Below, one piece after another: positions 1 through 13,233 of a stretch of DNA of 64,000 bases. The position numbers were made by a program, and so were the translations under genes. The stretch covers positions 82,708,001 to 82,772,000 of the forward strand of contig NC_043005.1 in assembly GCF_006345805.1 (NCBI RefSeq), in the 5' to 3' direction. Each line of letters begins with the position of its first letter. Position 1 is the stretch's first letter. This stretch comes from Octopus sinensis. Lineage: Eukaryota. The notes beneath the pieces are model-generated. The model saw only the letters and a list, made by a program, of their open reading frames with translations, made no database searches and was not told the DNA's origin.

Positions 1-146
1 TTCAGTTTCCGTCTACCAAATCCACTCACAAGGCATTGGTCGGCCCGGGGCTATAGCAGAAGACACTTGCAGAAGATGCCACGCAGTGGGACTGAACCCG
101 GAACCATGTGGTTGGTTAGCAAGCTACTTACTACACAGCCACTCCT
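1..146 (-). mobile_element. tRNA-derived SINE, family A (octopus OK/OR-like), 5' part cut by the window edge
   Basis: Minus strand reads AGGAGTGGCTGTGTAGTAAG (A-box-like) ... GGTTCAGTCCC (B-box-like) ... GTGAGTGGATTTGGTAGACGGAAACTGAA. The same head recurs near 12177, 20839, 27851 and 36151. Confidence 0.9.
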
Positions 147-381
147 ATATATGTATGTATATAGATAGATAAATATACCACATATATATGTATGAGTGTG
201 TGGGTGTATGTGTGTGTGTACATATATATATAACGCTATCTGATAACCGCTAACTTTTATCATATGAATTCAGTTTCGGGTTAGTCTTTTGGCTCTAATC
301 CCCTTAAAAACGAACGTAGAGAACTGAAATGTTGTAGCTTAGATATAGAGTTTTCCCAAAACGGTCTCGTATGGCAAGATC

Positions 382-835
382 TTTGAGACTTCAAACTTGA
401 AATCTTCAAAGCCACAGTCGAACCAATTCTACTATATGGCTCAGAAACCTGGACGTTATCAAAGAAGCTTGAGAGACGGTTGGATGGAACCTACACTCGC
501 CTCCTTATGAGAGCTCAAAATCTCTCGTGAAAGCGCCATCCAACCAAAGTACAAATATATGGGAAACTACCACCTGTGTCATCTCTTGTGAAGGGTAAGA
601 GATTCCAGTTTGCTGGACATTGTTGTAGAGCTGAAAAAGAGGTAATTTCTACTCTTCTCCTCTGGAAGCCATCTACTCGCAATACCAGAGGGCGCACACT
701 CTCCTACCCTGATGTAATCTCCAGGGATACAGGCATCCAGCAACAGGACCTCCGTAATACCATGATGGACCGTGAAGTCTGGCGTAGCATGGTAAATTCC
801 ATTGTCTCGACCACGGTCGAACCATGATGATGATG
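382..835 (+). mobile_element. 5'-truncated RTE/RTE-X-clade LINE with (TGA)n tail and 11-bp target-site duplication
   Basis: The frame of ORF 576..827 extends upstream as IFKATVEPILLYGSETWTLSKKLERRLDGTYTRLLMR (LLYGSETW is typical of the RTE RT C-terminus), with one in-frame TGA at 528-530. It ends DREVWRSMV..P*, then (TGA)n. ATGGCAAGATC is present at 371-381 and 836-846. Confidence 0.9.
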
Positions 836-990
836 ATGGCAAGATCAGGTGAGGATCAAGTTATACGCAAATAATTAAATCAACAAATTAAATAAACATT
901 AGTTTTTCAATCAACGGACACTTTATTTACTGTACAAAAAGTATTAAACGAATCATAAAGGTATTAAATAGCATAGGTATCATGCCAAAC

Positions 991-2687
991 TCAGATGATG
1001 ATCAAGGTGTACTTCTCTGGCTGGGTCTTCTCCACTACCTTGATCTGATGCTGGTTACCCTTCATAAACATCACCCTCTCAAAGTTACCATCTGACAGGA
1101 TGGCTCTCATGGCCCCCAATATATCTTTGCCTATAAAGAATTGGCGCTTAACTGCAGCACTGGATGGAATGGCGATGTTATACTTGGTGAACAGGTCGAT
1201 CAAGATCTGCTTACTCAAAACGGCGACTTCAGTCATGACGTTTTTCGCGATGGCCTTCAGCCAGGTCTTCACCAAGTTCTGCGCCTTGGATTTCAGTGAC
1301 CTGTTCTCCCGTAACAGAGTGAAGTTGCTGAAGAAATAATCTCCCTCATCCTTATTGCTGATGGTGCTACTGCCCTTTCCATTGGTCTTCATTAGGATAT
1401 CTCTACGACGGTTTCAATAGCGCCCGTTACTCTGCTAACCGGCTGTAATTACACTGCTCTGGCCAGAACAGAAGTGGGAGGCAGCGGCCAGCTGGCACTT
1501 CAGGTCTTCTAGGAGCCCAAAACATTTCGTGATGCCCTGCCAGTATCGCGTCTACCAGAGGACTGCAGTACAGGAGATGTCTGAACTTAACCTCCTGCAT
1601 CTTCATGACGGTAGCCGCTATAGTTGGTGGAGGATTCCCGTGATAGACCTGGTCCTCCTGCTAGATTTCATCCAAGGCCTTGGCAACATTAGACATCGCC
1701 TAGGCATATTCCAGCAAGAAGCTGACATCAGAATCAGTGAAAGTCTGCAGCTTCAGCTGTGTCAACACCCTATGGACAGCACCCGATTTTTATCTCCAGC
1801 AAGTTGTTGAGGGCAACAACAGAGCTATGGGTAAAGTTCTATCTGGTTCTGTTGGGGACCACCAGCCACTTCTTCAGCGCGCCCAGAATGCTATCTGCCG
1901 CAACGGTGCTACAGCTCTGCAAATTCCACAGCCGGTGTGCCTTGGACATGTCCTTCCTGTCTCCTGACTTGAACGAAGCGTTGTCAAGAGCTTTGTCGGC
2001 ATCCATGCTGGCTACACAGTTTAAGGTGTGGGCTGCGCACTTCATGTACATTGGCAGGTTTAGGTCCAGGCCGCTTGACTCGTCAAGGATGGCATCAGTA
2101 GACATATCTTCAAATTCGTCCTCATCCCCAGCTTCGGGTTACACGTCGAGAGCCACATCCTCGATGCCCTCTCCGTCCGGATCAGCAGTAACCTCAGGAA
2201 TGACTGGCAAGAGTTCAACGTCTGTACCAAACTGCATAAATGCCTTACGAAAGTTTTTACCGTTCTCCGTCGTGGTCCGCGTTACCAAATCAATCGGGTG
2301 CAACCCTTCAGAATTACATGCGTCTGCATACCTTGGGGTCTTATTTATCATATATTTATATATTTATCTGGAAATATACAAAGTATCTAATAAAAGTCAA
2401 AAATAATTCAGTTTTGGGGGATTAACAGATATGCGGGCATTCTATTTCAGATTATACCAAAAAAAAAAATAATAACCTAATGAGTACATCTGAAAGTAAA
2501 CTCATGATATTTATTTGCACATCACGAAATAATACTTAAAGGACATAACCATTATACCAGCAGAGTATATACTATACTTCCTTAAATATCTCTTACTTTA
2601 GTTAACACGTAAATTAATTAATTATGAAGGAATTACATGTATTTCTGTATTAGGAGATTACAATATATATACATACACATAATTGTA

Positions 2688-2725
<38 letters not shown>

Positions 2726-3370
2726 CATATATGCAATCTTCATATTTACAATTATTCCAACACATCTTCAAGTTCTTTTTAAAAATATTATAAATCTAAT
2801 TTTACATCCTTTTAAAAAAATAAGCAATAGAATTAAGCATTATCGATTAAACATTAAAAGTTAAAAATAAAAATTATACTTTGTAATATTAAGAATTAAA
2901 ATTTATAAATTATACATTATAAATATAAATTAGTATATATATCAACCTTGTAAAGTCAAGTATATAATGTCAAATACAAATTATAAGATATAAAATTATA
3001 CTTCGGAATAAAAATGTCCGTGCACTACTCCCAGAAGATTGTCTGTGTTTTCCACGGGAAGAGCCGATCTTGATCCTCTCCTCCAACCAGATGGCATGCG
3101 TTGGGTGCTTCTTCTTGGTATGCGACTTCAAGTTGTAGAAGCTCGCCGCTTGTCCCTTGATGGTGGTCTCTTTGGGCTGCCACGTGACACACCGGAAGTA
3201 AAGGATTCTGGCGTTCCTTTTATCTCTTGACATAAGGACAAAGTAGTCCTCCTGGTGGGGCCACGGGTTCTGAGATACGATCGACCTCTGCCTCACCCAC
3301 AGCCGTTGCAGACCCCTCAACACACCCTTCATCTTCAGGCCGAACAAAAACGTCTTCACATTCCATAATG
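991..3370 (-). pseudogene. Degenerate hAT-superfamily transposase (BED finger, DDE core, C-terminal dimerisation domain)
   Basis: Collinear minus-strand pieces: BED-like WPHQEDYF..RCVTW..NLKSHTKKKHP (2970-3359), TTTENGKNFRKAF (TDNG-like, 2139-2351), KCAAHTLN CxxH motif and VPNRTR(W) (1839-2105), EYA*AMSNVAKALDEI, and LFTKYNIAIPSSAAVKRQF...LSDGNFERVMFMK (991-1392). Many stops and frameshifts. AT-rich probable intron at about 2350-3000. Confidence 0.9.
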
Positions 3371-4639
3371 AAAAGCGATATCATGTTAAGCCGATAACAT
3401 GCACTGTTGTCGCTGACACTATAGGACTGTCTGTAGTGTGACAACGTCGTAAGTGAACAAAACTCAAAACTGCAGAATTACGCAATACTGCCCTGTCAGC
3501 TGGTGCTGCATTGACCAATCACGTTTTGTCTCGTGCACACGTAGTGAGCCAATAGCGTGCCTAACAGACTCTGCGAGATTTCCCACGACAAACAGGAATA
3601 AACATATGAATTTTGTTTGCAGATTCAGAGCTAGCGGAATTAAATTTAGCTGAAGCTAATTGGTTCGCTAACAGCTTCTAAGGTGAGCGAAAACGCTAAT
3701 CCGTTACACGAAAATTTAGCTTCGTTAATTAGCTGTTACCTGTGATACGAAAAATCTCTCTATATATAGACAGGGTTTCCAGGATAAATTTGACGATATT
3801 TATGTCTCCTTTTCTGAGGAACAGTTGATGTATTCGTAAAACGTTTATGGCGTTGGAAATCATAAAGATGAAAGATGTAGTTGAGAAACGGTTTATTGGA
3901 ATGGAGGAGTAGAAGTCATTTGATATTAGAAAGTGGTTACCAGCATCATTATGATTCGCACCAGATATGACAATGCCGACAATCTGTCTGTTGCTGCTGC
4001 TTATTGTTCTCTGAAAACTGTAAAGGCTGTAAGACTTGATATGGATTGCTGTGGCGTCTGGAAAAATTTATCAAATAGAATGTAACACTACATCACCGAT
4101 TTTATATATAATTCATTTAATTGTTTCAGCCCGCTATCTGTTGCTATTTATGGGGTCACCACCGCTTTACTGCCGAGATTCTGAAATCCAGGAGCCTAAC
4201 CACGAGACTACAAATGAATTATTGAGATATTACGGTATGGTTTCACCCTGTCAATAAAAACAATAAAGCTTCTGCTTGAAACACAATTCAACTTTCAAAT
4301 AAAATACCACCCGAATGATATCCATTGAAACATTTGGAGTGAAATGTAATATCTGGGTATCATGTGATTTTAGCAAAAGTCAATGAATTTAAAAAGAAAA
4401 TGGATTTTGCGATTACAATCATGATACAAGAATGGAAAATTCGGGCTAAAATCAAAGAGCAGACTCGAAGATTTGATAATTGTAGAACTGGCCAAAGGAG
4501 ATAATCATACTTATAATAAAATTTACAACATTGTGACAGACGTTTTTATTCAAAATGTTTACCATCGAATATATTCGCGAGTTCCAATGAAGTAAATACC
4601 TGGGGCTTTTATGCGAACAAAAGAAAATTGTGTGGGGTT

Positions 4640-5330
4640 AAATAGCGTTTTGAAATGCGTTCCTTCACGAAGTTATCACATTTTACGCAGTATAGATATT
4701 AGCATTATACACTATAAAATGTGCTTTTTATAACTGCCGAGTGTCTTTCTATGAATTTTAAGACAGTTTTAGATTGCGGGAATAATTATTCGTGATTTTA
4801 TTATAGACCTTAACAGCTCATCTCTCATGCAACTAATTTATTTGGGAAATAATTGAAATTTCAAATATCAATATAAAAACAATTCATGAACAGAAATATT
4901 TTTTCTAGCTGACTTAACAATTACGAATACGATTTTTGCAACTTGTAATGCATGGGTTTTGGCTCAATCTGTCAGTCTTTTCACAGTATGGAGGAGATTT
5001 TGGCCTATTATCCTATTCGATGATTTTCTTTCTAATGGTAATGATGAAGAAAATTTTGATGGATTTCATGTTAGATAATCACAAAAGAAATAGTGCTTGC
5101 ATTGGAAACAACATCCGTAAAAAAGTCATTACCTTGTCTCGAGAATAAAAATATCGCTGATTGCATTGCTGTTAAGAACAGCATTGAATTAGCTCAAAAG
5201 CTTCCAGAGCAAGAGATAAGCGACCGTGTTGTTAACCCCCAAAAATAAGAGGCAGTAAATTGTTCCGACGAAGGTGATAATTGAACGAAATAATTGAAAA
5301 GCTGTCTTGATCTATACTTCAGCGCTGTAT
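4640..5330 (+). mobile_element. Highly decayed pogo/Tigger (Jerky-like) transposase remnant
   Basis: From 4905 LADLTITNTIFATCNAW, then after a frameshift from 4986 VWRRFWPIILFDD..DEENFDGF. This resembles the DAI..AW...AWxKLWP...DFEGF C-terminal signature of Tigger/JRK-type transposases. Boundaries approximate. Confidence 0.45.
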
Positions 5331-5623
5331 AGGCACGATACTTTGTTATCATGAACAGGATCTAGGATTCGCACATGCTTAAAGTTGAAATGGTCATGGG
5401 AAAACGGATGTCAGAGTAATAAAATGACGTCAATAAATGCTTGGTGTGATCAACTGTATCTAAAAGTCAAACACTTGTTGAGGAATATTTAACAAAGCTT
5501 TCTAAGTTTTTAATTTTAAGTGATTTTCAAAATGAAATGTTTGTTTTTCTTACATCTCTAGTCAGTAATTACAATATGACAAACGGCCATTCATCACAGT
5601 CACACTAACGTGCATTCACACGC

Positions 5624-5624
5624 G

Positions 5625-5709
<85 letters not shown>

Positions 5710-5710
5710 A
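5624..5710. repeat. (CT)n(CA)n compound microsatellite, representative of dozens of (TA)n, (CA)n, (GATA)n and (TACA)n tracts in the window
   Basis: Seen directly. Confidence 0.97.
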
Positions 5711-7064
5711 TACATACGTATACATACATGCATGCATACGTACACACACATACGTGCATATATGTAGAATTCACTTATGTAAAGTGCTTTGTGTAAGATG
5801 CTGTATAGAAAGAGGACAATGTATGCAACGGCTTTAAGATTAGGTTTGTGTCAAACGGCCTGCTATGCGACAATTTGTATGAGTCCTCGAGCGAATTCAA
5901 AATTATTTTACAGTATCTCATTTCCGTTCATCTTTTTGTTACTTGTATTTTCATTCCTTGTTTTCTCACCTTATGAGTTGATTAAAATATAGTTATAATG
6001 CAGGACTGTGGATTGATGGAGATGTTACAGCGCGACTACTTGACACTGGGAACCTCATGATTGTTGAACACATATATCGTTGTAATAGTAAAACCACAGG
6101 TCAGCCATTGTAGAGCAGACCTATGATCAAGAAGATGCTAGCCATGATTATACCATATCTATATTAGATATTACATATCTGTCAGATACACTTTAGCATA
6201 TCTTGATGGAGATTTGTCTCACAGCATCTGTATTATGACAGACTAATTCATTGTTGATGGAATGAGCGATATAGAGACAGAAAAGTATCCAGAGGGATAT
6301 AAGGCGATGATGCCCGCACCAGTATTAGAACTAAGACTTTAAACAGCCGGGATATCCAGCTGTAGACAGGCTCAAGACATATTATACTAACGTAACAAAT
6401 TTGAAAACAGTAATAATTACTTTTCCAATTTATTGAAAATTCAATAAAGCATGCATAGCTTAATTAATTTAAAATTAATAAACGTGAATGCATTTGTACA
6501 AATATTTCTACGTTTATTAATCATTCAACAATGATTTTAAACGCCACATTTATTACATTCTTCTGTTGCAGAGATTAACAAAAATTTAACCTGTTGCCCT
6601 CATAATAAGACAGCTAATACTGACAGTTATTTAATAACTCTCTTTGATGCCTTATTTAATTAATAGTAAAACACTACTTCAATGCAATGAACAGCTGAAG
6701 AATTCAATTTATAAAATTCGGTGTCATCTAATATTTCCATTTTGTTTTCCCATACTCAAAATGAAAACATTCTGTAATCTCCAATTATTGCGGTTCAAAA
6801 TATCATTGGCGAGCTGGGGCACAGTCAACTAGGGGTTACTTTGTGCGGCGAAAAAATTTGGCTACATGAAACTGAATCTGGATAATAGATTAGCAGATTA
6901 GTATTAGCATCACATAGTTAGGTGTTCTTTATATTTCTTTTTGTTTTCTTTTCGTACCTTTAGTATTGTCGCATTCCTACCATTTTCGAGGGATTGTTTT
7001 TCCTAGATTCTCCACCTTCTGGAGATTAGCGCAAAAACACCTCTTATACCAGATTGTATTTACA

Positions 7065-7230
7065 AATTGTAGTCACCGTCTTCTAAGAAATGTTCGGTTA
7101 CATACAGATTAACTGAACTGTTGGTTGCCCCTGTTTGTATCATGGAAGACTTGGATGTAAAGGGTCTTCTCACTCAGAACGGACTCTGTTCTACACAACG
7201 ACACAACTAGTACGTGAAGAACATATGGCA
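7065..7230 (+). mobile_element. Possible decayed Tc1/mariner (DD41D-like) transposase fragment
   Basis: VTV...MEDLDVKGLLTQNG..YTT resembles the VTV..RY..LEDLDxxxMWFQQDGATCHT segment. It needs frameshifts and the match is weak. Confidence 0.3.
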
Positions 7231-8329
7231 CAATATGGACACATTGTACTATTTTGATCGGATAAAAGACAACAAATCTACAGCTTTTCGAGACGTTTCT
7301 GAAAATCATAGAAAGAAATTAAAACAAGGACATATTTGAAAACGTTAACATTCGATATCTCGTTATTGTTTCTAAAAACTTTGTACGTACATAGAGTTTT
7401 GGAAACTTTAGATTTATTTAGAAACAATCACTTGAACGTAATTGTCTCGTGTTTTGTCTTAGTATTTCTTTTTCTTGGCAAAATTCGTCTGCGGTAATTA
7501 CTAACTAGTTTTGCTGTTGTTGTTGTTGCAGTTTTTTCAATCATTAATGTTATAAATTTCATCATAACCGTATGGCAATACTAAAAACTGTGAGCAGTTT
7601 TGTGATTAATTACTTCCAACGTAAATGCTGCTAGCGATATAGCATAGTGAATAATGATATTATTCTCTTTTTAAATTGCACAATGTGAATTTGTAATTAA
7701 AAGTCTATTCTCTTGATGATTCGATTATTATTAAATATGTCCGTGCCGGATAATCAATAGAACATAGCCAAAATTTTTAAATAAATACTGATCTAGCTAT
7801 ACAAGTGAATATTTCTTTTTGAGCCAAGGACCAACACCCAAAGCGACTGCTCGGTGTCGAATGAGAGCATCCAATGTCTGTGATTTTAACCACTTAAATA
7901 GGAAAACTATATACTGGAAATTCTGAATACGTTAGAAAATGCAAACATGTTTCCGAAGCTTGTGTTTGGGCCAACACTTACGTCACACATACGTTATTTT
8001 TTCCAAATATGAAGGATATCAAACGCATCAAAAAAGCATTTCTCTGCGAGGGAAAGAAAAATTACTGAGCTCTGAAAAAAAGGGGTTTTCAGAATACGCA
8101 CATCAATACAATTAAACAGAATCTAAAGAGACCTGTGTGGGTGTGTATCGGCAAGACTTGTACTCATTAGTAAAATCGACAAAATGGTACAATCAGCTGG
8201 TAGCGGGGACTAGAAAATTCAAGGTTTTGAACAGAGATCTTCAGGTAAAATTTGACAGGAATGAAATTAATAAGCCAGTTTTTCTAATGTAGTGGATATA
8301 AAACTTTGCTGTTTCTCTTTAATTCCACC

Positions 8330-8470
8330 CCTTTCCACCTTTCTCTGAACTCCATCCGTAACGTAATTTCCACCCACCCCCTTCTCCATGGCAAGTTGAC
8401 TGCACTCTTTATGTCTATTCCGCTAAATAATACAACCAAGCAAGTGTGTGAACAAAATCTCCACATAATT
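8330..8470 (+). mobile_element. Possible Penelope-like RT remnant (motif A region)
   Basis: LTALFMSIPLNNTTKQVCE resembles the PLE RT motif DVxSLFTxIPLxxTI. Short, and not supported by flanking motifs. Confidence 0.3.
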
Positions 8471-9838
8471 ACACAGCATTTCAGGAAATATGACGATACC
8501 AAAAGCAATTGAAACTATGACATTAAGACTAAGTACCATTATTATCGCAATTCTCAGTGCATAGATCTTCAAAGAATGCAGATAAAATATCCGAAAATAT
8601 TATACCATGAAAAGTATATCTTGTAAAGTTAGTACTAGTGTTTTGAAATACAATAATACGGTGTTACTGGCATAAACATTTATGAAAACAGGTTCTCAAC
8701 ACACCTGATACTTACGTCGCGGTTATACTGTGAATATCGTAAAACTAAAATACGACATAATACCTTGCATAGCACAGTGCTGAGGATAAACAGACGTAGA
8801 TAAACAGACAATATCACGACGTAGAAGGACTCACAAGTTTTGAAATTTTGCATGCAGCATATGGATGTAAGAAGCCATATTTGTATACTACGCTAAAAGG
8901 TGACTGTACGACATTGCCCATGGGAACAATTCAACGTAGGAAACCACGCAAAAACTAGTAACATATAAATGTGTGTCTATCTTGCTACAGGCAAACAAAA
9001 AAACATACATAGACATATATACATACAAATCTGTATGTATGTGTGTATGTGTGTGTGCGTGCATGCATGTGTGTGTGTGTGTGTGTGTGTGTGTGGTAGA
9101 TGAATTGGGCAAATGTAATATGAAAAATAAATTTTAAAAAACTAGAACATATAGCAATAAAATTGTAGACAAAAAGCCCTCATAACAAAAAACACCGGTT
9201 ATTCATGTTAAGAAATATCCTACGTGAAGGGTATCCTACTTCCTGAACACACGAGTAGATAGATATATTTTATGTATGTATGTTCTTGTTTGTGCTTGTG
9301 ACTGTATGTGTGCGCGAGCATGTGCGTTTATGTAAGAGAGACGTGGTGGGGTGGGAACAGAGAGCGATCGTGAACGTTAGTGTATGGGGAGTATGTGTGT
9401 GTATGTACGCGTGTATACCGTTCTTATCATACAAAAAGCGTTGGTGAGAAAATCGGATTTTTTTATCTTGTGAGATAAAAATTTCAGAAAAATGTTTTTT
9501 AAAAATAAATCCCATTCGAAAGTGATTCAACTTCATTATGACACAGGCAGATTGTGTGTGTGTGTGTGTGTGTCTACATGCGTGTGTACGTAAGCGTATG
9601 CATGAGAGGTTGTGCGTGCGCATCCATACATATGTTCTGTGTTCATTGTTGTGTGTGATAAGGCGCGGCTAAGCCAGCAGTTTTTCATGGGCTATGAACA
9701 ACGTCCAGTGTCTATTACTGATAAAGCATAACAAGGCAGAGACACGCTTCCTACAGTTCTATGACGTAATTCACAACCAAACTCGATGTGCTTTTTTCAC
9801 ATATTATCTAAAGCGAAAAAGTTACTTCGCAGAAAATT

Positions 9839-9910
<72 letters not shown>

Positions 9911-9928
9911 CAGCAGCAGTAGTAGTAT
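9839..9928. repeat. (TAG)n trinucleotide microsatellite with a short (CAG)n interruption
   Basis: Seen directly; it explains the poly-V and poly-Y ORFs. Confidence 0.97.
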
Positions 9929-10718
9929 ACGCTAATATATTCGTTTGCAATAGTTCCGAGTTTGCGACCATTGTCTCCCTTCTCCAGTCTCCTTTGCTTG
10001 TTTGTCGCAGTTGGTAACATCCTCAGAATTTCAAATCGAATCCTTTTCCTCTGTAATCCATAGTAATCCATTGCTCCCGCAACGTTGTCTGTATCATTTG
10101 TGGAAGGAAAGGTAGGTCAACGATTCTCGTGGAAGAGTGTCAAGATAATAGATAAGCAACGCAAGCGAAATTGTCAGCACATATTCTTGTCTTTGGTAAC
10201 CTCTTCACCACACCTAACGTAGGGATTAGCACCACATGGCATTCTTTAATTAATAACGAACGAACATTAAAACTCCGACTATGTAAAAGCATGGAAATAA
10301 ATGAAGGTAGGTTAAATCTCCGAATTTCCATTACCTAATTGTCCTACGGGACAATTGGATAAAAGTGATTAATTTCCCAGTATTAAACGTGGTTAGTGTT
10401 CGTGCGTTTAATCCTTGAGTCAGTGAAATAATTTATGTTCCACTTCAAGCGGAAGAAACATGAGATAGCACAAATAGAAAGATACATCAAAGCAAATATC
10501 TTTGATATGGACAACAGAATAGGGATGATCAAACAACACTCTTCAATTTCATAAATTTGTCAGATTTCCCTATTACTCAAAGAGTTACTTGATACGCAGA
10601 TGCGTAAAAAAATTTGCATGATCCAATGCCCGAAAAGTTCCGACTCCAATAAGGATGAGGGCACAAGTATCAATGTATCACAGCGTGTAATACGTAATAA
10701 TTCACTCCTCAGAAAAAG

Positions 10719-10744
<26 letters not shown>

Positions 10745-10758
<14 letters not shown>

Positions 10759-11258
10759 TGTAGTTGTGTGAGTGTCTGTCCCCTTCGATTTAGATTCCTA
10801 ACTACTCCCACATTTTGCGGTGCAGTTTAACCAAATTCGGGTATCTTATAGTCGTGATTCATATCGAGCCCGTCTGAGTATTAGCGCGCGTCTACGATGA
10901 GTCTACAATTTTAAAAATAATTTAACATCATTTTTTATTCCATTTTAATGCATAATTTTTCGTGTGTCGATGGCGGCGGAGTTGGCGTCCATGGTCAAAC
11001 ACCTGCACCTGTGTTTGCTTCTCCCCCTTCTGCCCTCCCTCGTGAAGCTGTGGAGAAGGGAGTGTAAGGAAATCAACGTCGTAAAGCATTGTCGAGGAGA
11101 CCAGCGTTCTTTTAGAACAACGACTTCATGGCTTGAAGACACCAAAACAGAAATGGCTAAGAAAGCCCGAATTGGCATCTATAAGGGAAGTAACTCTCTA
11201 AAAATGTTTATATAGTTATTTCCCTTACAAACCCGAGCAACGCCGGGCGATACTGCTA

Positions 11259-11259
<1 letters not shown>
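10745..11259 (+). mobile_element. Non-autonomous Helitron
   Basis: The 5' end TATATATAAAACTG merges into (TA)n. 3' GC hairpin CCCG-AGCAACGC-CGGG at 11232-11247, then terminal CTAG (11256-11259) and host T. No TSD. The 3' end resembles that of the element at 34019. Confidence 0.75.
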
Positions 11260-11336
<77 letters not shown>

Positions 11337-11339
<3 letters not shown>

Positions 11340-11585
11340 TGTAATCCCTCGATTATCGTCAGTGTTAGGTGCCAAAATCCCCTGAGATATGCGGAAACCC
11401 GCGAAGTAGAAACAGTAGTGTACTGAATATTATTTTTTATTATTTTGATAACTTGTATAAATGCAAAACAACACCGCGAAGGAATCGACCTAAGCTAAAA
11501 TAATAAACTGCAATATATGAACCGCGGTAGGTGATCCGCGACAGGTGAACCGCGATGTGTGAACTGCAGTATAGCGAGGTATATA
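11337..11585. mobile_element. pogo/Tigger-type MITE inserted in (TA)n
   Basis: Left end TACTGTAATCCCTCGATTATCG and decayed right end CAGTATAGCGAGG form imperfect TIRs. Four subterminal (G)TGAACCGCG-like repeats at about 11518-11570. Confidence 0.6.
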
Positions 11586-11909
11586 TATATGTGTGTGTGT
11601 GTGTGTATTTAAGTATGTATGTATGTATGTATGTATGTATATGTATGTATGTATATTAGCGAATAGATTGAGGATATAAACATTAAAATGATTATACTAG
11701 TAGCTAGCGTCTATAAGCCACCATATCGGTAAAATTAATTTTTAAATATATAATTAGAAATGCATAATTATAATTAATGGTGCTGGAAGGACAACGCCAA
11801 TACGCGAGGGTAGAAAGCAAATGCCTACAAACCATTATAAATTTGTTCTCCATTTTGCACACGGCTGAATGCAAGGAAATAGACAAAAAGAGATTTTTTT
11901 TCTTTTAAT

Positions 11910-12177
11910 TCTTTTATTTCTTTCAGTCATTTCACTCCGGCCATGCTGTAGCACTGCCTTTAGTCGAACAGCGAAGTCACGGGGACGTAAACACAGGCTC
12001 AGACACAGAAACATAAATACACACACACATACACACACACTCACAACCAAATCCACTCACAAGGTCGGCCCGAGGCAATAGGAGAAGACACTTGCCCAAG
12101 CTGCCATGCAGTGGAACTGAACCCGGAACCATGTGATTGGTAAGCAAGCTACTTACCACACAGCCACTCCTGCGCCT
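11910..12177 (-). mobile_element. SINE family A, internally deleted
   Basis: Head GGCGCAGGAGTGGCTGTGTGGTAAG and 3' GCAGTGCTACAGCATGGCCGGAGTGAAATGACTGAAA match the full copy at 20428-20839. Confidence 0.88.
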
Positions 12178-12413
12178 AAATTTAATAAATCTTTTTGTCC
12201 ATGCAGCATGTGAAAATTGAACGAATTTTTAGGCATTTGACACCTACTTACCGCGCCCTTAATTATAATTATATATTTATAATTATATACTTAAATATAT
12301 ATCAAATATAACATGTCTTGAATGGCACAACAACACAGAGTGGACTGATGCCATCTACGTACCTGGTACATGTATATATGCATACATATACATGTGTGTA
12401 TGTATATATATAT

Positions 12414-12617
12414 AACGGGAAGCTTTATGAAAAAAAACAAAAGACGAAGGCAGGTGGAATACAAACAAACAATTGTATCAGTATGGCGCTCAGGAATATA
12501 AATAAAACAAGTCTTTTACGTTTCGAGCCTACGCTCTTCAACAGAAAGATACAAAGAAAAGAAACACGGAAAGAAACAAGGAGAGAAAAAATGCGTGCAG
12601 AAGCTAGCGAATCAACA

Positions 12618-12620
<3 letters not shown>
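12414..12620 (-). mobile_element. About 200-bp dispersed repeat (Penelope pLTR-like) carrying a minimal hammerhead motif
   Basis: Homologous to 28580-28783 (-) and about 24180-24400 (+). Flanked by (TA)n. Confidence 0.7.
12512..12549 (-). ncRNA. Minimal type-I hammerhead-like motif with A6U core variant
   Basis: UCUUU-CUGUUGA-A-GAGC GUAG GCUC-GAAAC-GUA-AAAGA. Stem I 5 bp, stem II 4 bp, palindromic ACGU stem III. Confidence 0.6.
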
Positions 12621-12659
<39 letters not shown>

Positions 12660-13233
12660 TCATGCATACGTAGATGAATTGATATGTATCCAGTAGTAAT
12701 ATTGTACATACTTCCAGTTTTACGTTCGAGCATCTGTCGTGTGTGAATATATAATTTTAAAAATTGGAGTCAACAAGAAGGGGTATAGTTGGATATTTAC
12801 TTTTTAATCACTACAATTTTTTCCACGCAACGTAGTTCTCTAGGAGTGCATGTACCTGGTTATGCAACTGTTTCCCTGCATTATGAAATCTAATTTTCAA
12901 ATTATATATATAAATATATATCTGCTCTCTTTCCTTGTCTCCTTTAAACAAGTTCCATACTCTAGACACTGTAACATAGCAAGACACATCTCTGAACATT
13001 TATTATTGAGAGATTAGAAATTATAGGACACCTTATCACTAACTAACATTTATCAAATTTCAGTATTAATTTTACATAAGTATAGGAGCTAATAATAAAT
13101 GCAAATTATAATAAATGTTCATTGGAGTGCAACTAATAATTACTACGCTAAAGAACGTTTCTACACAAATGTCTATAAATCGTTTATGAATTCCTCGAGC
13201 AAGATTCCTGATGTGAAACAGTGTGTTGAAACA

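Noticed and set aside
1759-2406. 215-aa plus-strand ORF
   Set aside because: It is the antisense shadow of the hAT transposase remnant and has no motifs of its own.
846-3742. CAGGT...ACCTG as hAT TIRs
   Set aside because: Only 5 bp match, and the flanking 8-mers (GGCAAGAT versus TGATACGA) are not a TSD.
3768-3870. CAGGGTTTCCAGGATAAATTTGACG, a Tc1/mariner-like TIR start
   Set aside because: No partner TIR or transposase found, so it is too weak to call.
9940-10140. Possible RTE 3' remnant (DWRRETMVAN) or exon on the minus strand
   Set aside because: The similarity is too short and no consistent frame supports it.
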